Of a stretch of 64,000 nt of DNA, positions 1 through 12,913 are shown one piece after another; within the stretch, counting starts at the first letter, position 1, and each line of letters opens with the position of its first letter. This DNA comes from Raillietiella orientalis. Its lineage: Eukaryota. The position numbers and the translations under genes were made by a program. Below the pieces are notes generated by a model that saw nothing but the letters and a program-made list of their open reading frames with translations, made no database searches and was not told where the DNA came from. The stretch lies in contig JAYWIR010000008.1 in NCBI GenBank assembly GCA_036172245.1, forward strand, positions 2,976,001 through 3,040,000, read 5' to 3'.

Positions 1-1689
1 AGGAAACATCCTCGGATTCAGGAGCGGGGAGACGCTGATGTGGTTGTGACCTCAGGACGTGTTCTAGGAGGAGCCTCGTGGGGCGCAGGACCGAGGAGGC
101 GAGGAGGAAAGACTTCTTCGGACAGGAACGCAGCACTCCCCTCCACTGTTACGACGCTTTGTTCGATCTTCCCCTGTTCCCAGGACAGTTCTTCGGCCTC
201 TCAATCGATCATCCACTCTGTCCTGTAGTTTCGCGGAGTGCAGTCGAAGCGAACGAACCGCGACGATGGACTCTCTCTTGCCTTTCGACCTCGGTGAACA
301 CAGTGGCTACCTGACCTCGTCCCCTAAAGCAGAATGTCTTCCCTGGCTTTGAGGACCCAAGTCCGTCGATAGACGGAGCTCTCCCGCCTTGCTTAATGCT
401 CGGAGGCAATGAAACTAATTAAATAAAACGATCCCGTTTGGGCTAATTACGTAACCGGGGATGTTTCGTTCTTTTCGCTTCCTTTCCTCAGGACGGGGAG
501 ACCTTGCAGTCGAAAGAAACGTAATCGAGGATTCCAAAATTACTTCCGCCGGTGTGAAAATTGATCGGAACACCCCTATCGATTAGACAAGAACTTGACG
601 ATTAATCGACAGACCACTGCAAGGCGTGCCGCGAGCGGAGAGGAGCCAACCATATCCATCTGCAAATACATCAATCGACTGAGGCTCCGCGGAGAGAAAA
701 CGAGGAGGGAGCGCTTGCGGAAAGGGACAACAGCTGATGCATCCCGCAAGTCCTCGCGAAAAAACAAGAAGCAGAAAGCGGAAGCCGCGCGTTCCAAAGC
801 CCGCATCCCCTCCCACCCCACCCTCTTTCGCCGACCCTCGCTTGAGGAGTAATGGCAGGTGTCCCGACTCCTCGGCGGACCGGACTCCCTCTTCTCAGGA
901 CGTTTCGAAAATACATCCTGCCGGACGGGAGAACGGAGAGCTCGCAAAGTCACTGACTGAGGGTCCACGGTTCAGTCCCTGACACGGGGCGGGCACACCT
1001 CAGCTACGAGTCTTCCTGCTCCTGATAAGGAAGAGAGCCTTTGCCAGTCAGAACTGCACGCGCTCTTGATGTTTGTCCTGCTCACGTTTAATCTCCTTCC
1101 TTTTCCTCCTTTCGTCCTTTTATTTGTTTCTTCTGTTGAGTCTCGGGCAGACCCAATTCGGAATATTCCACGGGATCGTCACTGAACTGTCAATGCCAAA
1201 AAAAAAAAAAAAAACAGGGAAGGGGGGGTTGAGAACCAGACTGTGCTCTAGAAACCAACAGACCTCGGATACGCAGCAGCAGCCGCGTTGCGGGGATACT
1301 GCCGGCCAGCCAGTGACGGCTACCCTTAGAAACGCCTCACCGGACCTGCCCTACGCCTTTGTTGCCTCGGACCACGGCCGGAGACTTTTTTTTGTTCCAA
1401 GTGAGCCGTCGCTCATTGTCTTCGCGTGCGGAAATCTGCAAGAATCTCCCCCCTCCCCTACTCCCAAAAACGCTTAGGAGAGCATTAATTCAAATACATA
1501 TTTCGAACAATAATTAAGACCTCGAAGAACAAAAGAACATAAACTCGAAAGCTTGGATCACTGAAGGATATATGGCTCTTCGGAGCTCTCCACACGAGTC
1601 CTCAATGCATGAAGGTGTGTGTGATAACGTAAATACCAGTTTGTTTCCATCCGACGTTCCTTTCTTCTCAGCACACCCATTCTTATAGC

Positions 1690-3750
1690 TCGTCTTGTTT
1701 GCCAGCGGCCATCATAAGGGGCACACTTTCGGAGTTGTCAGAGATCAAGGCAAGGCCTCTCTGAGACCAGAACCACCTATGGCACCTCGCAAACAGCAGG
1801 GCAGCAGCCGCTTGGGTATACGCAATGCTTGGCCGAATAATCCCCAAGTCGTGACATCATCGTCATTAGCTCGTCTGCGTTGAGATGCGCGAGCCTCGTC
1901 TGATGCGCCCTACCCGAGTGCCACCCAAACACCCACTTGATTTTTTTTTCTTTTTTCCTTTTTGTTTTTTCTCCAGCGGTGCCAGTCGCTGTATGGGCTG
2001 CAGACGCTGTCTGGCTGACTGGCACATGCAGCCCTCGGAGCCTCAGCCATTCGGCATGCAGACCGGCAGCTCGAAGGCTGCCGAAGAAGGCGAGCAAGCT
2101 GCGTGGGCGAGAGAAGAGGGAGGGAACGATGTGCCGCCAACAAGCAGCGGTGGCGACAGCAACAGTCCATGGCCACCGACGATCTTCACTGGCACCTGCG
2201 AGTCTTGCGGATCGAGCAGGAGAGCAAGGTCAGCGCTCGCGGGATCACCGCCTCCTCTTCGGGTACCTACTGTGCCGAAAGGCTCAGTGGGTGCTTGGGG
2301 CCTTCTTTCTGCGGGAGGAAACACTTGCGCTGCTATTGCGTTTTCGCGAGCATGGATCGCTTCCCCCCCCCCCTCAATCCTCCCCTTCAGGACCTCCAGA
2401 CCACCCGACGACGCAGAGGACGTAATATCGGAAATGGGCGAAGCTCTCGCATACGGGGTGGTGCAGCTCTCATACCAGGGTCCAGCTTCCAGGGAGGGCG
2501 TGCAGGTCCCACACAGAGACGATGCGTCAACAGTGATACCCTCAAGAGGAACAGAGAATCTTCGTAGCCGGAGTGTCAGCGAACCACCTACCTACACCAC
2601 ACATAAGATGCACTCGTGACCCTCACAGTTGCTAGGTAATTCCGAAGAAAAAATCGCCAGGTTACACCAGAGGGTGACGACTCATCTGGATGAGAAGCTC
2701 ACGATGAAGTTGGAATGAAGGGCACAACGGGAAAACTTTCCGAGAAAAGACGCAGAAGACGGCGAGTTCCCGGACGCGCTCTCCTCCTCCTCCGCATCGT
2801 CTGGCAGCGCTTCTGCCGACCGCGTCCGTCGCTTGACGTGGGACGTACCACAGCAGGCGATCCACTTCCTCCGGGCTTGAGAACCGTGCAGGTTCTTCTC
2901 CGTCCTCCTCAGGCATCCCTCTCAACCGACCGTACGTCTTCGCGCCGAACCTCGAAGCGGCGGTGGTGGGAAGAAGCAGGAAGGAAGACAGGTTACTCAG
3001 GGGCGGATGCAGCAGTCGTCCCCTCCCACTTGGGGACCTCCTTAATTAACGGTTCCCAGCCGATTCGTGCTGCAAGCAAAAGAGCGCCTGTTGTTCTTCA
3101 GGAAGCGGACGCTCTCTCCACGGAGGAGATCTCCATCAACTCCCTTCATGGATTGTTTGCGAAAACAGGTCAATTCTGGCACTTGCATCCTTGTTGTGGT
3201 TGCTGCCTGTTCGCGCACGTGCTGCTGCAGCGCTCCGCCAAAAACCAATAACAACCGTCACGGGGGAAACAAGCAGCTGCAATCCCTTTGTAATTTCGCG
3301 GGTGATGCGAGTACCAGACGGTGCTAATCGCCGCCGTTCGCGCGTCTTCTTCGTCTCCGGCACATGTGTTCCGCGCGACGAAGAACTTGGGCCGGCGTCG
3401 GCGTTCAAAGTGCACCGCCGCCAGGGGCTGCGGATGGCCGCGGTTCACCGCCGGGGCGTCCGGCCTGGTTTCTCCTCCGCGGGGCTGGTCGGATGGCGCT
3501 CTCGTCTTCGGCCGCGCGGCGCTGCCCATCCTGCCGAACTCTGCAAACTCCTGATCTTCCCCGGAGGAGAGGAGCAAGCACACTCTTCCCGAATCGAACG
3601 CTCCGTCCCGGAGACGAACTCGGAACTTCTTCTTCTCCTCTTCCCCGAACGAAGAAGGAAGGGGAAGATGCTGGAAGTTGGAAGTTCTCTCCTTTTCTTC
3701 CCGTAAGAGATGAAACGTCACTTCGATTGCTGGTAGCCGCGCCGGAATTC
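1690..3750 (-). mobile_element. Decayed L1/Tx1-clade LINE ORF2 relic (endonuclease to RT thumb)
   Basis: Minus-strand motifs in the expected order across frameshifts: TVWYSHHP (~3300, endonuclease D.WR..HP); SELPSN and GY-KIL (~2640-2560); TEPFGTVGTRRGGGDPASADLALLLDP (2288-2208, RG.RQGDPLS..L..L.LEP); LVGGTSF 24 aa later (YADDT position); RWFW (~1775). Boundaries approximate. Confidence 0.6.
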
Positions 3751-6700
3751 CATCCTTGGAGAGGATGGGACGTCGAAAGATTTCGCTGAGGGAGAGCGAA
3801 CGCTCCCAAGGGACTCCTCGGAGAAGAGGACGAGGATACAGAGATGAATTCGTTTTCAGCTCAGACCGTCCCGCGGGACCGGTACAGCGGTTGCTACGCA
3901 GTTCTCACGTGCTCTCCCAGACATCTCCGAGAGCTCGTGAGAGCTCTCTCCTGCCTCCGAAGGCGATGCTCTGAAAGCTGTCGGCTCTCGGTGGAAAATT
4001 TGTGCAGGAAAGGGGAGGGAGGAGATGGATTGGATCCCTCTTCCGCCTGGTGCAACCTTCGGAGTGACCCTCTCAAGCTGATTTGTGAGCGTCCCTGGAC
4101 CAGACGAGACACTCGTCCGCTGGTCTATCGGCTCCAGGGATTCAGGACCGGCTGCAAGACTGAAGTCGATCCAGAGAGCTAGGAGATGTCCCACAGTTTC
4201 GAAAGTTCCCTGCCTCGAGGCAATCGATCCACCCCTAGCTTTTCTTCGGGAGGGCGGTTTATTGGGCAGTGCAGGAGGAAGAAGGGGCGTGCTGGCGCGA
4301 AGGGCGGTGTGGCGGAACGCTTTCAGGAACATGGCCTCGGGTACGACCACTCTGCAGAGCGTCTGTCGGAGAGGCTCGCGAGGAGCTGGCGTCCCCCAGA
4401 CTCGCTGCTTCAGGGTCCGCCCTCTCCCGCTCCTTGCAAACTTCGTCCCGAGGAGGGGTGGGGGTTGCCATCGTCGGTCGGCATGGCGCACCGCCTTTGC
4501 CGCGCCGCCCCTACCGAGCAGGGGATGAGGGACCTCCTTGCTTTGGCTCTGCCTGCCCCCAGAACCAAGGAGATCGTCCTTGGTCCTTGGAAAGTCGTCG
4601 CCTCCGTGAGTGAAGACCTTCGTGCTAGAGGGAGAGGGACACTTGCCTCCTTACTTCCCAGAGAGGCGAAGGATCCGAGCTCCGGGAGTCGTGCCTTTAC
4701 GGGGGAAGAGCGTCCTCCAGATTCCCTTCCTTTTCTGCCGTCCTTCCCACCCTTGCTTGGGGCGAAGGATCGCTTCTTCGGGACTCCTGCAGTGGAGAAT
4801 GCCGTCCTGCTGGGTCTCCTCAGGCTGTGTCCAGAACGGCGCGGAGGAGCCGGGAGTGGACCGGAGGAGTTCTCCTCCGTCGCTCTTCACCCTTCCCTCC
4901 CCTCCCCCCACAGACGCACCAGGACACCCACGTGCGCGATCGACTTGCCGTGGCGTGGTGGCGGGAGAAAACGCGCTCCGGTCTCTGCCGGGTCTCTCCC
5001 GAGGGAAGTCGACGGGAGGAGGAAGGGAGAGAGAGAGAACCTTTCTCTCCCTGCGTCGCCGTCTCACGCACCTTGGCAGCGCGCGGAGAGGAGCACACAT
5101 GGGAGGGAGGGATGCTGCGGAACGCCTGCATCTCTCCTCTGACGGGACCGACCGTCTCCGCCGTCATCCTCGCACTCTGCTCCTCGAAGGGCTGGAATCC
5201 AATTAACGGCGAGGAGGTTTCGCGCGCGCGCTCGCCCCTCCTCCTCCCTCCCTCCCCTTCCTTCCTCTTTTCAATCTTCGAAACTCCGGTTTCGGACTCT
5301 TCCCGGCCGTGAGAAATTCCTTCCCTCGACGGAGGATGCGGTGGCGGCAACACCAACCGGCAACACGGAACACGCGGCGCGAGGCCTCTTCGTCCCCCCT
5401 TTTCCGCTCCTCGTCCCTCCCGCCGCCCAAATGGACCGCCGTGTTTACAGGCGCAAATCATCTCAACTCGATGCTAATGAGTCGCAGCCGAAATTGGAAA
5501 ATGAAGATTGCCCTTCCCCTCCCTTCACCTCTCCCCATCCCTCCTCTTCCTTTCTGCCTTCCACTTTTCTTTCTCCTTTTTTTTTTCTCTCTCTCTCTTT
5601 TTTTTTTTTTTTTAATTTCCTCCTACTTGAGTTGCCCCCTTCCTCCCCTCTTTCCTCCCTTTCCCACTCCCCCCCCCCCCCATTTCAACCTCTTTCCCCG
5701 ATCATTTTATGGAACCTCTGAGGAGATGGAAACCATCATCGCCATTCCTCCCTGGCGGGAAGGACCGCCACCACGCGGTTTCCTCTACGCCCGACCAGGA
5801 GGAGGCTGCTCCAAGCGGGCTGTTGCCCGCCCGGCTCGGCTCCAGCGAGCCGACACGTGACGGCTGCCCCACTCCTTGCGGCCCCCAATCATCAGAGAAG
5901 TGCGAGTGCTTCCAGCTGCCCCGCCCTCATTCCCGAGTCCTCTCCCGACCCCAGTAGCCACCTCCTCTTCCTCCTCTCTTCCCCTTTTCCTCATCCTCTT
6001 CCTCTTTTTGTTCGCCTTTCCTCCTCCTCCTCCTCCTCGCTCTCTCCTTCTCCGAGTCCCTGATCTCTTTCTCCCTCATCCGGTTCTTGAATCCAAGGAT
6101 GGTCGGGGTGAGAAGAACGTCACCTCGGGTCCACAGGTCGCTCCCCCCCTCCGCTCATGTGGTCGTGCCAAATATCAGATTCCCATCAGACTTCCCTCGG
6201 GCCTCCAGTGAGCTCCGTCCTGGCGTTTTCTCAGCCGATTAGTCAGGAAGCCCGCGCGGAGGAAGGAACCACAAGAGTGGGGAGCGAGGAGGAGGAGGTG
6301 CAGAGTACTGCTCGCCGGTCCCGTCTCGTCTTCCCATCCAGCTCCAGAATGGGGGAAGGAAGGACTCCCAGGGCCTCTACACAGTGCTGAGCAGGTAGGT
6401 GGCGCCGCCAGACACGACCCGGTCGCGCGCCTCCTTTTTTTCCCTATTCTTCTCCGCAGAACACGAGAGACCTCCAGAAGGAAGGGGAGGAAAAGGAAGC
6501 CGGGGCTGCGCTCGCCCGCACCCCAGAAGTGCCTTTGCTTCGCGAACTCCCGAATGGTCTGGGAGAGCGGAGGCGGCGGAGGTGCTCCCGTCGCGCGCGA
6601 GGAAGGGGAGCCGAGGAGCGTTCTCCCCGCCTCCCCAGAGACGAGCGGGAAGCCTCGGTCGGGCACGCACGCGGCGTATACGCACGCGAGAGGCAGCTCC

Positions 6701-6849
6701 GGAACGCAGCTTCCGATCAGGCCCGACCTCGCATCCGGAGCGACGCGCGTCTCCCCCTCTCCAGCGACGGCGCGCCTCCTGTTCGGGAAGGCGACAAAGG
6801 GAAGCGAGACGAGTGCGTGACGGGAAGAGCGAATGAGGGGAGGGAGGGA

Positions 6850-9800
6850 GGCGTCGGTGCTTGGAATCAGCATCCGTGGCATCTTGCAAGGAGCTCTGGG
6901 ATTCACTCGCCTCCTGGACACTCCTCCAGCTTCAGGTGGCGGGAAAAGACGGCAAGACCTGCAGGGACTCCCCGAGTCCCTTTGCATGTCAGGAACCGCA
7001 CGGCTCCCGCCCAGCGACCTTGCGCCGGGCCTCGGCAAGACGAAATCCCTTCGGGAGAAGCAGGAAGCCTCGGAGTCGATGCAGAAGAAGCGGGAAAAGA
7101 GGAGACTTTGGGAACATGTCCCGGACGCCTTCCTTCGCTCCAGGGACCGAGAATCCTCTCCCGGACGGGGCGCCGAAAACGCACGAGCGCGTCCTTCCCT
7201 CTCCTGCCGTTCCCTCGGGTGTGCTCACGCTCCCCGCCGCTGCGCTCCCCTCGCAGAGCTGCGCGCCTTCTTCGCGCGGGCATCAGGGCCCGTGCACAGG
7301 AGGGTGTGCCCCTGATCTGGGCTTCCAGCAACGAGACCGATGAGGGCGCCGCCCTCAGGCTTCTCCGTTTCAGCTTCCGTGTGTCATAGCGGGCTGCACA
7401 CACGGGCGCGACATCCCCTGGAGGTAAGAGAGAAGAAGAGGGAGAGGGGAACTCTTCGATGCTCTGTGTCGCCCAACGCTCGTGCGTGTGGGACAAGGGA
7501 TGGGGAGATGGATAGCACCTCTTCCGCCTCCTCCTTTCCTTCTTGCTTTGCCTTCTGCCTCTCTTCCTACATTTCTTCTCCTTCTCCTCGCCTTCGTGCC
7601 TCCTAAACTGGGAGCGATGCGCCGCCTTCGTCTCCCCTGCTCCTCTCGTCTTCCTTCCTCCCACAGCCTCGCGGAAGGAGCAGCTGGGTCGTGGGCGTTC
7701 GAGTCTGCCGGGGTGGCAGCAGGCCGAAACGCGCTGCCATTCCGGCAAGAGGGCTCTTCCAGAAAGCTTCCCTGTAGCCTCGCGAGGGAGCGTTTCTACG
7801 TGGTGGCTGCTAAGGCGCAGGAGGGTGGTTTTCGCGGCTGCTGCTGCCAGAAACGAGAGGAGTCTCGGCACTGCCTGTCTTCCCTTCCTTCAGCTGCCTC
7901 TGCCTGTCCCGAAAAGCTCCAGCATTCACAAAGATGCAGCGCGCCCTGGAGAAAGGAGTGGGAGTTGAAAGACGTAGGCCATGAGGAATGAGGGGACCGT
8001 TCGTCCTTCGGCGAAGGAAGATGCTCTTTGCTATAGGAGCTCTCCAGAAAGGCACTCTTGAGCGGGCGAGATGGATGAGATGGAGCGAGTGGGAGAGAGG
8101 CAGACAAGTCATGGAACCCGGCATCTCGAGAGGAGCGAGAAAAGACCGTAGAGGCCGGGGAGATCTCTGGAATCACGCTCCTCCCTACAGATCTCGTAGG
8201 TGATTCCCCGGGTCAAAGGAAGTCTTTGAAAAGAATCGCCCAACTTGGGGCGCCGAACTTTCCCTTCGGACGGTGATTCCAGTGCCACGTGCCCACCCCA
8301 GGAGGGGTACCTCACACGAGCCACCAAGGGCTTCTTTCCCTACTAAGCTCTTCCTCTCACGCTTTCAGGAACTCATGGAAGGGAAGGCAAGGAAAGCGGG
8401 GAAGGGAGGGAGGAAGAAAAACGTTCCTGGAACGGACGAAAGCCGGGATTCACCTGGGTCGATGACGCCCCACCGCCAATCACTGCAACTGCTAAAAGGG
8501 GAATCTCCGTCGGCGGCTGCTGCGCGCGAGGAGGGTGCAAGAGAAGCTCCAAGGAGAGGGAATACCGGGAAAACGGGAACGCAGAGGTGGGAGAGTGGGA
8601 AGGAGGAGGAGGGAGAGGAGGTACAGAGGAGTGGGAAAAAAGGTGGAGAGGTGATAATGATGACGATGAAGAAGAGGAGGAGAAGGAGGAGGAAGAAGAG
8701 GAAAGGTGGAGGAATGGAAAAGAGGAAGAGGAGAAACGGAAAAAAAGGGGAAGAGAAGGAAAGAATAGGATGAATGGGAGAAGAGCAAGAAAGGGATTGG
8801 GTCATTGAGAGCGGGGATGTGGATGAGGATGTGCATGAGAAAAAGGAAGAGAAAAGGAGGAGGAACGAGAGGAAGGGAAGAAAGGCCCCGGGTTGCTGGC
8901 TTCAAGAAGGGTGTTCATAGGGAGAAGGAAGAAAGGGGAATGAAGGTGAGGAGGAAGGAAGGATAGCTGGGAGAAGGAAAAGCGCTTGAAGATGATGATG
9001 ACAATAACGGAGGTGGACAAGAAGGACGCCTTCGTTCCAGCCACTCGAGGCTGCCTCGGGAAAGGACAAATCTTGACCCTGATGCGAAGGCTCCCCGCGT
9101 GATCTTCGGTAACCCTCCTGCTCTCCCTCCTTCTGGCACGCAGCGAGCGGTCGAGTCCCGTCGCGCGGGCGCCCGCGAAACGGAGCGGCTGGATTCCGGG
9201 ACCTCCCTTTGGCCTCAGCAGGCGCGGTTAGCAGAGAACCCGCCGGTTCTCGATCCCGCTCGGGAGTACCCGGGAGATCCCTCTTTCCCCGAGCGGCCCT
9301 CCATCGGGCTTGAAAGCGCGGTCCCCTTTGCGTCACGGGCAGTTCCGTGGTGAGCTCCGGCGAAACGGGGAACCTCCCCCTCGAGGATCCCGGAGGAAGT
9401 CGCCTCTCCGAGGGACGCCCATGGGCTGCCATCTCCACGGCGGGTCGCTTCCTAGTCATCCGGGAAAGCCGGCATGGGCGGAGATCCCGGACCGAAGATC
9501 GCCCAGGCCGGAGATGACCGAACCGACCGGGCGTGTCCGGCCTTGCAGTGTCTCCCGACTGCCTCTACCCCGGCCGGGAGCGGGTACAGAGTTCGTTTCC
9601 TGCTTTCGAGAAAGGGAGAAGCGGACGTCCTCTCACTCCCGAGTTCCCTGCTCCTAGCTGCCCGACCGGAAAGGGTGAATGGGGTTCTTCCACTGCTGCT
9701 CGCGAGACAGTGGATACGCGCCGGCTGCCGCGTGCGCAGCTCGCGCTCCAGTACAGGAGAGCAGCCGAGCGCGGCATGCGGGGAGCTCCGGAAGCCAGGA

Positions 9801-10300
9801 AGCCGGGAAACGTCCCCTTCCCTCTCCCGCAAACTCTCCCAGAACGCTCGCACCGCTTCGTCGTCCCACCCATTCCCCCTTCTCTTCCTCCTCGCCCCAC
9901 CCTGCAAACCGAAAGTCGAGTGCCCGCTCCCAAGGGATCGGTTCCCTCGGATGCGGGCGCTCTCCTGTCCTCCGCGTCGACAGACGCCGGTCCTCGTGAT
10001 GGTGCGCTCGAACTTGGCGCTGTCTCAGCGATCTGGAGGCGGCCGAGGGTGCAGGGTCGAGAGCCTCCGAGGGATCGGGAAGCCAGGGAGAGGCAGCTAG
10101 AGCCCCGAGGAGCCCACGCGCGGGCGGGCGTCACGGAGCGTCTCGCGCGCGCGTTGCTGAGGATCTGATTGGCTCAGGGGTCCCTCGCACGGTACGACGC
10201 GCGACGGACGTTCGGAGTACTTCCCGCCTCCGGAACGGGAAGAGGGAGTTCCGATCCCGGATCTCCTGAAGCCGGGAAAAATCTGGGCAAGGTTCTTCCT
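6850..10300 (+). mobile_element. Highly decayed L1/Tx1-like ORF2 relic interrupted by a purine-rich simple-repeat patch
   Basis: Ordered weak motifs: VLGISIRGI (~6857), GCAHAP (~7220), PLIWASSN (~7310), STWW (~7795), RARWMRWSEWE (~8063), EYPGDPSFPE (~9265). Recognition by eye only. Confidence 0.35.
8590..9020 (+). repeat. Purine-rich (GAG/GAA/GAT) low-complexity patch
   Basis: About 430 bp almost entirely G/A on the + strand, with degenerate GAG, GAA and GAT runs. Confidence 0.85.
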
Positions 10301-11379
10301 GTGGATGCAATCTCCCCGCAAGGGGGCGCCGCCGCCCGCCGATCCCAGCGCTCCGACTCCGCTCGCTCCCAAGCGCCCCCACCCATCTCCCTGCCAGACA
10401 AAAGCGGACAAACGTGGGTATCGAGAGGGGAAGAGTATATGGAGGAGAAGAGAAGAAAGCGCGGAGTTCTGGGTGCTGAGAAGGGAATGGGGGAAAGGGT
10501 ATCTATCCCCAGGGCGCATTACATCTCCCAATATCCTATTCTTCCATGATTTCCAGAGCACCTCCTTCCGTCTCCACGACCCGATTCCCGGTTTTCCTTC
10601 CACCTTCCCCCACCGTCCGCTGGCCGACCGCTCGCACCACTCATCCCCCTCCCCTTCCAGGCCACGGGAGGCAAATAGTCACGTGAATGAGGGAACGCAT
10701 CCTATTCCTCCTTCCCCTTACCTGACCCTTCCTTCCATTCAATCCCCTCTGCCTAGCGCCAGCGCGACCAATGCCTCTTGCCTCTTCCCTCCTTGACCAC
10801 CTTCCTGCCTCCTCTTCCCTCCCGTGACTCACTCCTGCCTCTTTTCGCGAGGCCCATGGGGCGGCTGGCTGTCCCGGAAACACTGGAAACGCCCGAAAAC
10901 TTTGCATCACAGCCCGAACCCTGACCCGTTCTCCTGTCCTTCCCGTGAAAAATAGGGTCCGGGAACGAGTCCCCTGCTGCGGAAGCTCCCGCCGCAGATG
11001 GGGGAAGGAGAGAGGGGAAGGGGGGCAAACCCTTTGGAAGTTTTGGAAGGCGGACCTGCGCAGAAGGAGCAGGTATACCATGGTCATCCCTGGATCCCTC
11101 CTCCTCCCACAGCCATCATCAGCCCACCGGCAGGAGATCCTTCGCTCCCGAACTTGTAGAGCACCCCCCGTGTGGAGCCCACGGAAACCCAGCCCAAACC
11201 GTCTTCACGAGAGGGGGGCGGGAAGCAGGAAATCCCGGGGCCGAGTGCCCGCCTTCAGTGGGTTCTTTCGAACCCGAGAAAATCCCCAAGAGGAACAGCG
11301 GGCGGCGCCGAGAGTGCTCCAGGGTCGAACCTGCCCTTACCCCTCCTCCCTGAAGATTGCTGTGAAAAGCGCTCAAGAG

Positions 11380-11900
11380 CCCGAAGATGGGCAGCGGGCC
11401 GTCGGTCTGGGGGAAGGGGCAGTGGCGTGCGCGCGCAGCCACGCGGGCAGCCGACCGACGAGAGAGCGGCCCCGCCTCGGGAGCTGCGCACGCGAGGAGT
11501 GCGAGACGGGAGCACTTGCGGAGTCGCGGGAGAACGCAACCAGCGCCTCCTCCTGGGGACGGGAATAGGCGGGAAGGAGAGGAGAGGGGGGGAGGGAGGA
11601 AGGTGAGGGGGAAGATGGAGGGGGAGGGGGGCAGCGCAGACTTGCCCGCGCCCGCGAGCGCTCGCCTCCCGCCGCCGCCGTCGACCCGTCGCGTGTGCGG
11701 CGGTAAACCGAGCGCTGCCGACCGCTCTCGCGAGCGCGCGGCGCGGAGAGGCGCTGCGGCGGCGGCAGCGGCGGCGGCAGAAGGGGCCTTCTCGTCGCCG
11801 CCTCCTTCCGCGCCGCCGACCAATGCCGGCGGAGGAGCGCTCGCGCCTGCGCCACCCGCAAGTACCATTCGTCAGGAGGTCGGCTGCCCAGTGCCTCGGC
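11380..11900 (+). promoter_or_regulatory. Putative CpG-rich lim1 promoter
   Basis: Very CpG/GC-dense stretch directly upstream of exon 1, with G-rich boxes (11581-11631) and a CCAAT at 11820-11824. No TATA seen; TSS not determinable. Confidence 0.4.
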
Positions 11901-11999
11901 GGCTGCAGCTCTTCCGGTGCAATCGAAGTGGAGGCCTCCGCCATGGTGGCAGCGCAGCAGACCCGCGGACGCCCGGCGACCAGGGCGAGCAGCAAGGCG

Positions 12000-12000
<1 letters not shown>

Positions 12001-12030
<30 letters not shown>
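12001..12030 (+). repeat. (CGG)10 trinucleotide repeat in the lim1 5' leader
   Basis: Direct read of sequence. Confidence 0.9.
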
Positions 12031-12034
<4 letters not shown>

Positions 12035-12184
12035 GACGACCATGACCTGAAGCGGTCCTGCAGGCTGCCCCTCCCCCACGCTCGCGGCCCCACCGTTCGC
12101 TCTCCCTCCCCCCCCCCCTCCTCCCTCCCATCCCCCTACCCGTCCCCCGCCCCACACGGACCCCGGACGGCGAGGGCGCACACC

Positions 12185-12354
12185 ATGATCTACTGCGCCG
12201 GGTGCGACAAGCCCATCCTGGACCGCTTCCTGTCCAGCGTGCTCGACCGCGCCTGGCACGTGGGATGCATCCGGTGCGCCGACTGCTCCTGCAACCTCAC
12301 CGACAAGTGCTTCAGCAGGGACGGGAAGCTGTTCTGCAAGGAGGACTTCTTCAG
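12185..12354 (+). CDS. lhx1/5: LIM homeobox protein Lhx1/5 (Lim1), coding exon 1: start codon and LIM domain 1
   Basis: accATG at 12185. Translates [56 protein letters not shown](R), a complete LIM C-C-H-C-C-C-C-D pattern typical of Lhx1/5. Donor AG|GTAAGC at 12355, phase 2. Confidence 0.95.
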
Positions 12355-12707
12355 GTAAGCGTCCCCTTCGGTCTCCGTGGATGGAGGAGGGGCGGTCTTG
12401 CTTCCTCGCGCGGAGGGGGGCCGTGAGGAGGAGGAACGGCCGAAGGGGGGTGGAAGGACGACGGGACGAGACGGCAGGCGAGCCTTCCTTCCTTCCTCCT
12501 CCCCCCCTCCCGCGTGACTCGCCCCCCCACCCTGGGAAAGCCGACCCGAGCGCGCGCGCGCGCGACAGTCCTCCCTTCCTCCTCCCTTCCTCCTCCTGGG
12601 TCCCCTCCCCCCCTTCCCGTCAGCCTTCCTTTCCCTTCCCCCTCCCCGACCACATGGCGCGCACGCACCACTTCCCTCTTGTATCGACGTGCACGCTTTC
12701 CCCGCAG

Positions 12708-12913
12708 GCGCTTCGGGACCAAATGCTGCGGATGCTCGCAGGGCATCTTCCCCAACGACCTGGTGCGGCGCGCCAAGGACAAGGTGTTCCACCTGACGTG
12801 CTTCACGTGCGTGGTGTGCGGGAAGCAGCTGTCCACCGGGGAGCAGCTGTACGTCGTGGGGGACTGCACCTTCGTCTGCAAGGAGGACTACCTGAAGCAG
12901 GTGGACAGCCAAG
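12708..12913 (+). CDS. lhx1/5: Lhx1/5 coding exon 2: LIM domain 2
   Basis: Acceptor tttccccgcag| ending 12707. [68 protein letters not shown]. Donor G|GTAAGC at 12914, phase 1. Confidence 0.95.

Noticed and set aside
11387..12184. 266-codon in-frame N-terminal extension of Lim1 from the ATG at 11387
   Set aside because: Low-complexity G/A/R/P translation of extremely GC-rich promoter and leader DNA. Lhx1/5 proteins typically start just before LIM1, matching the ATG at 12185. Not excluded without TSS data.
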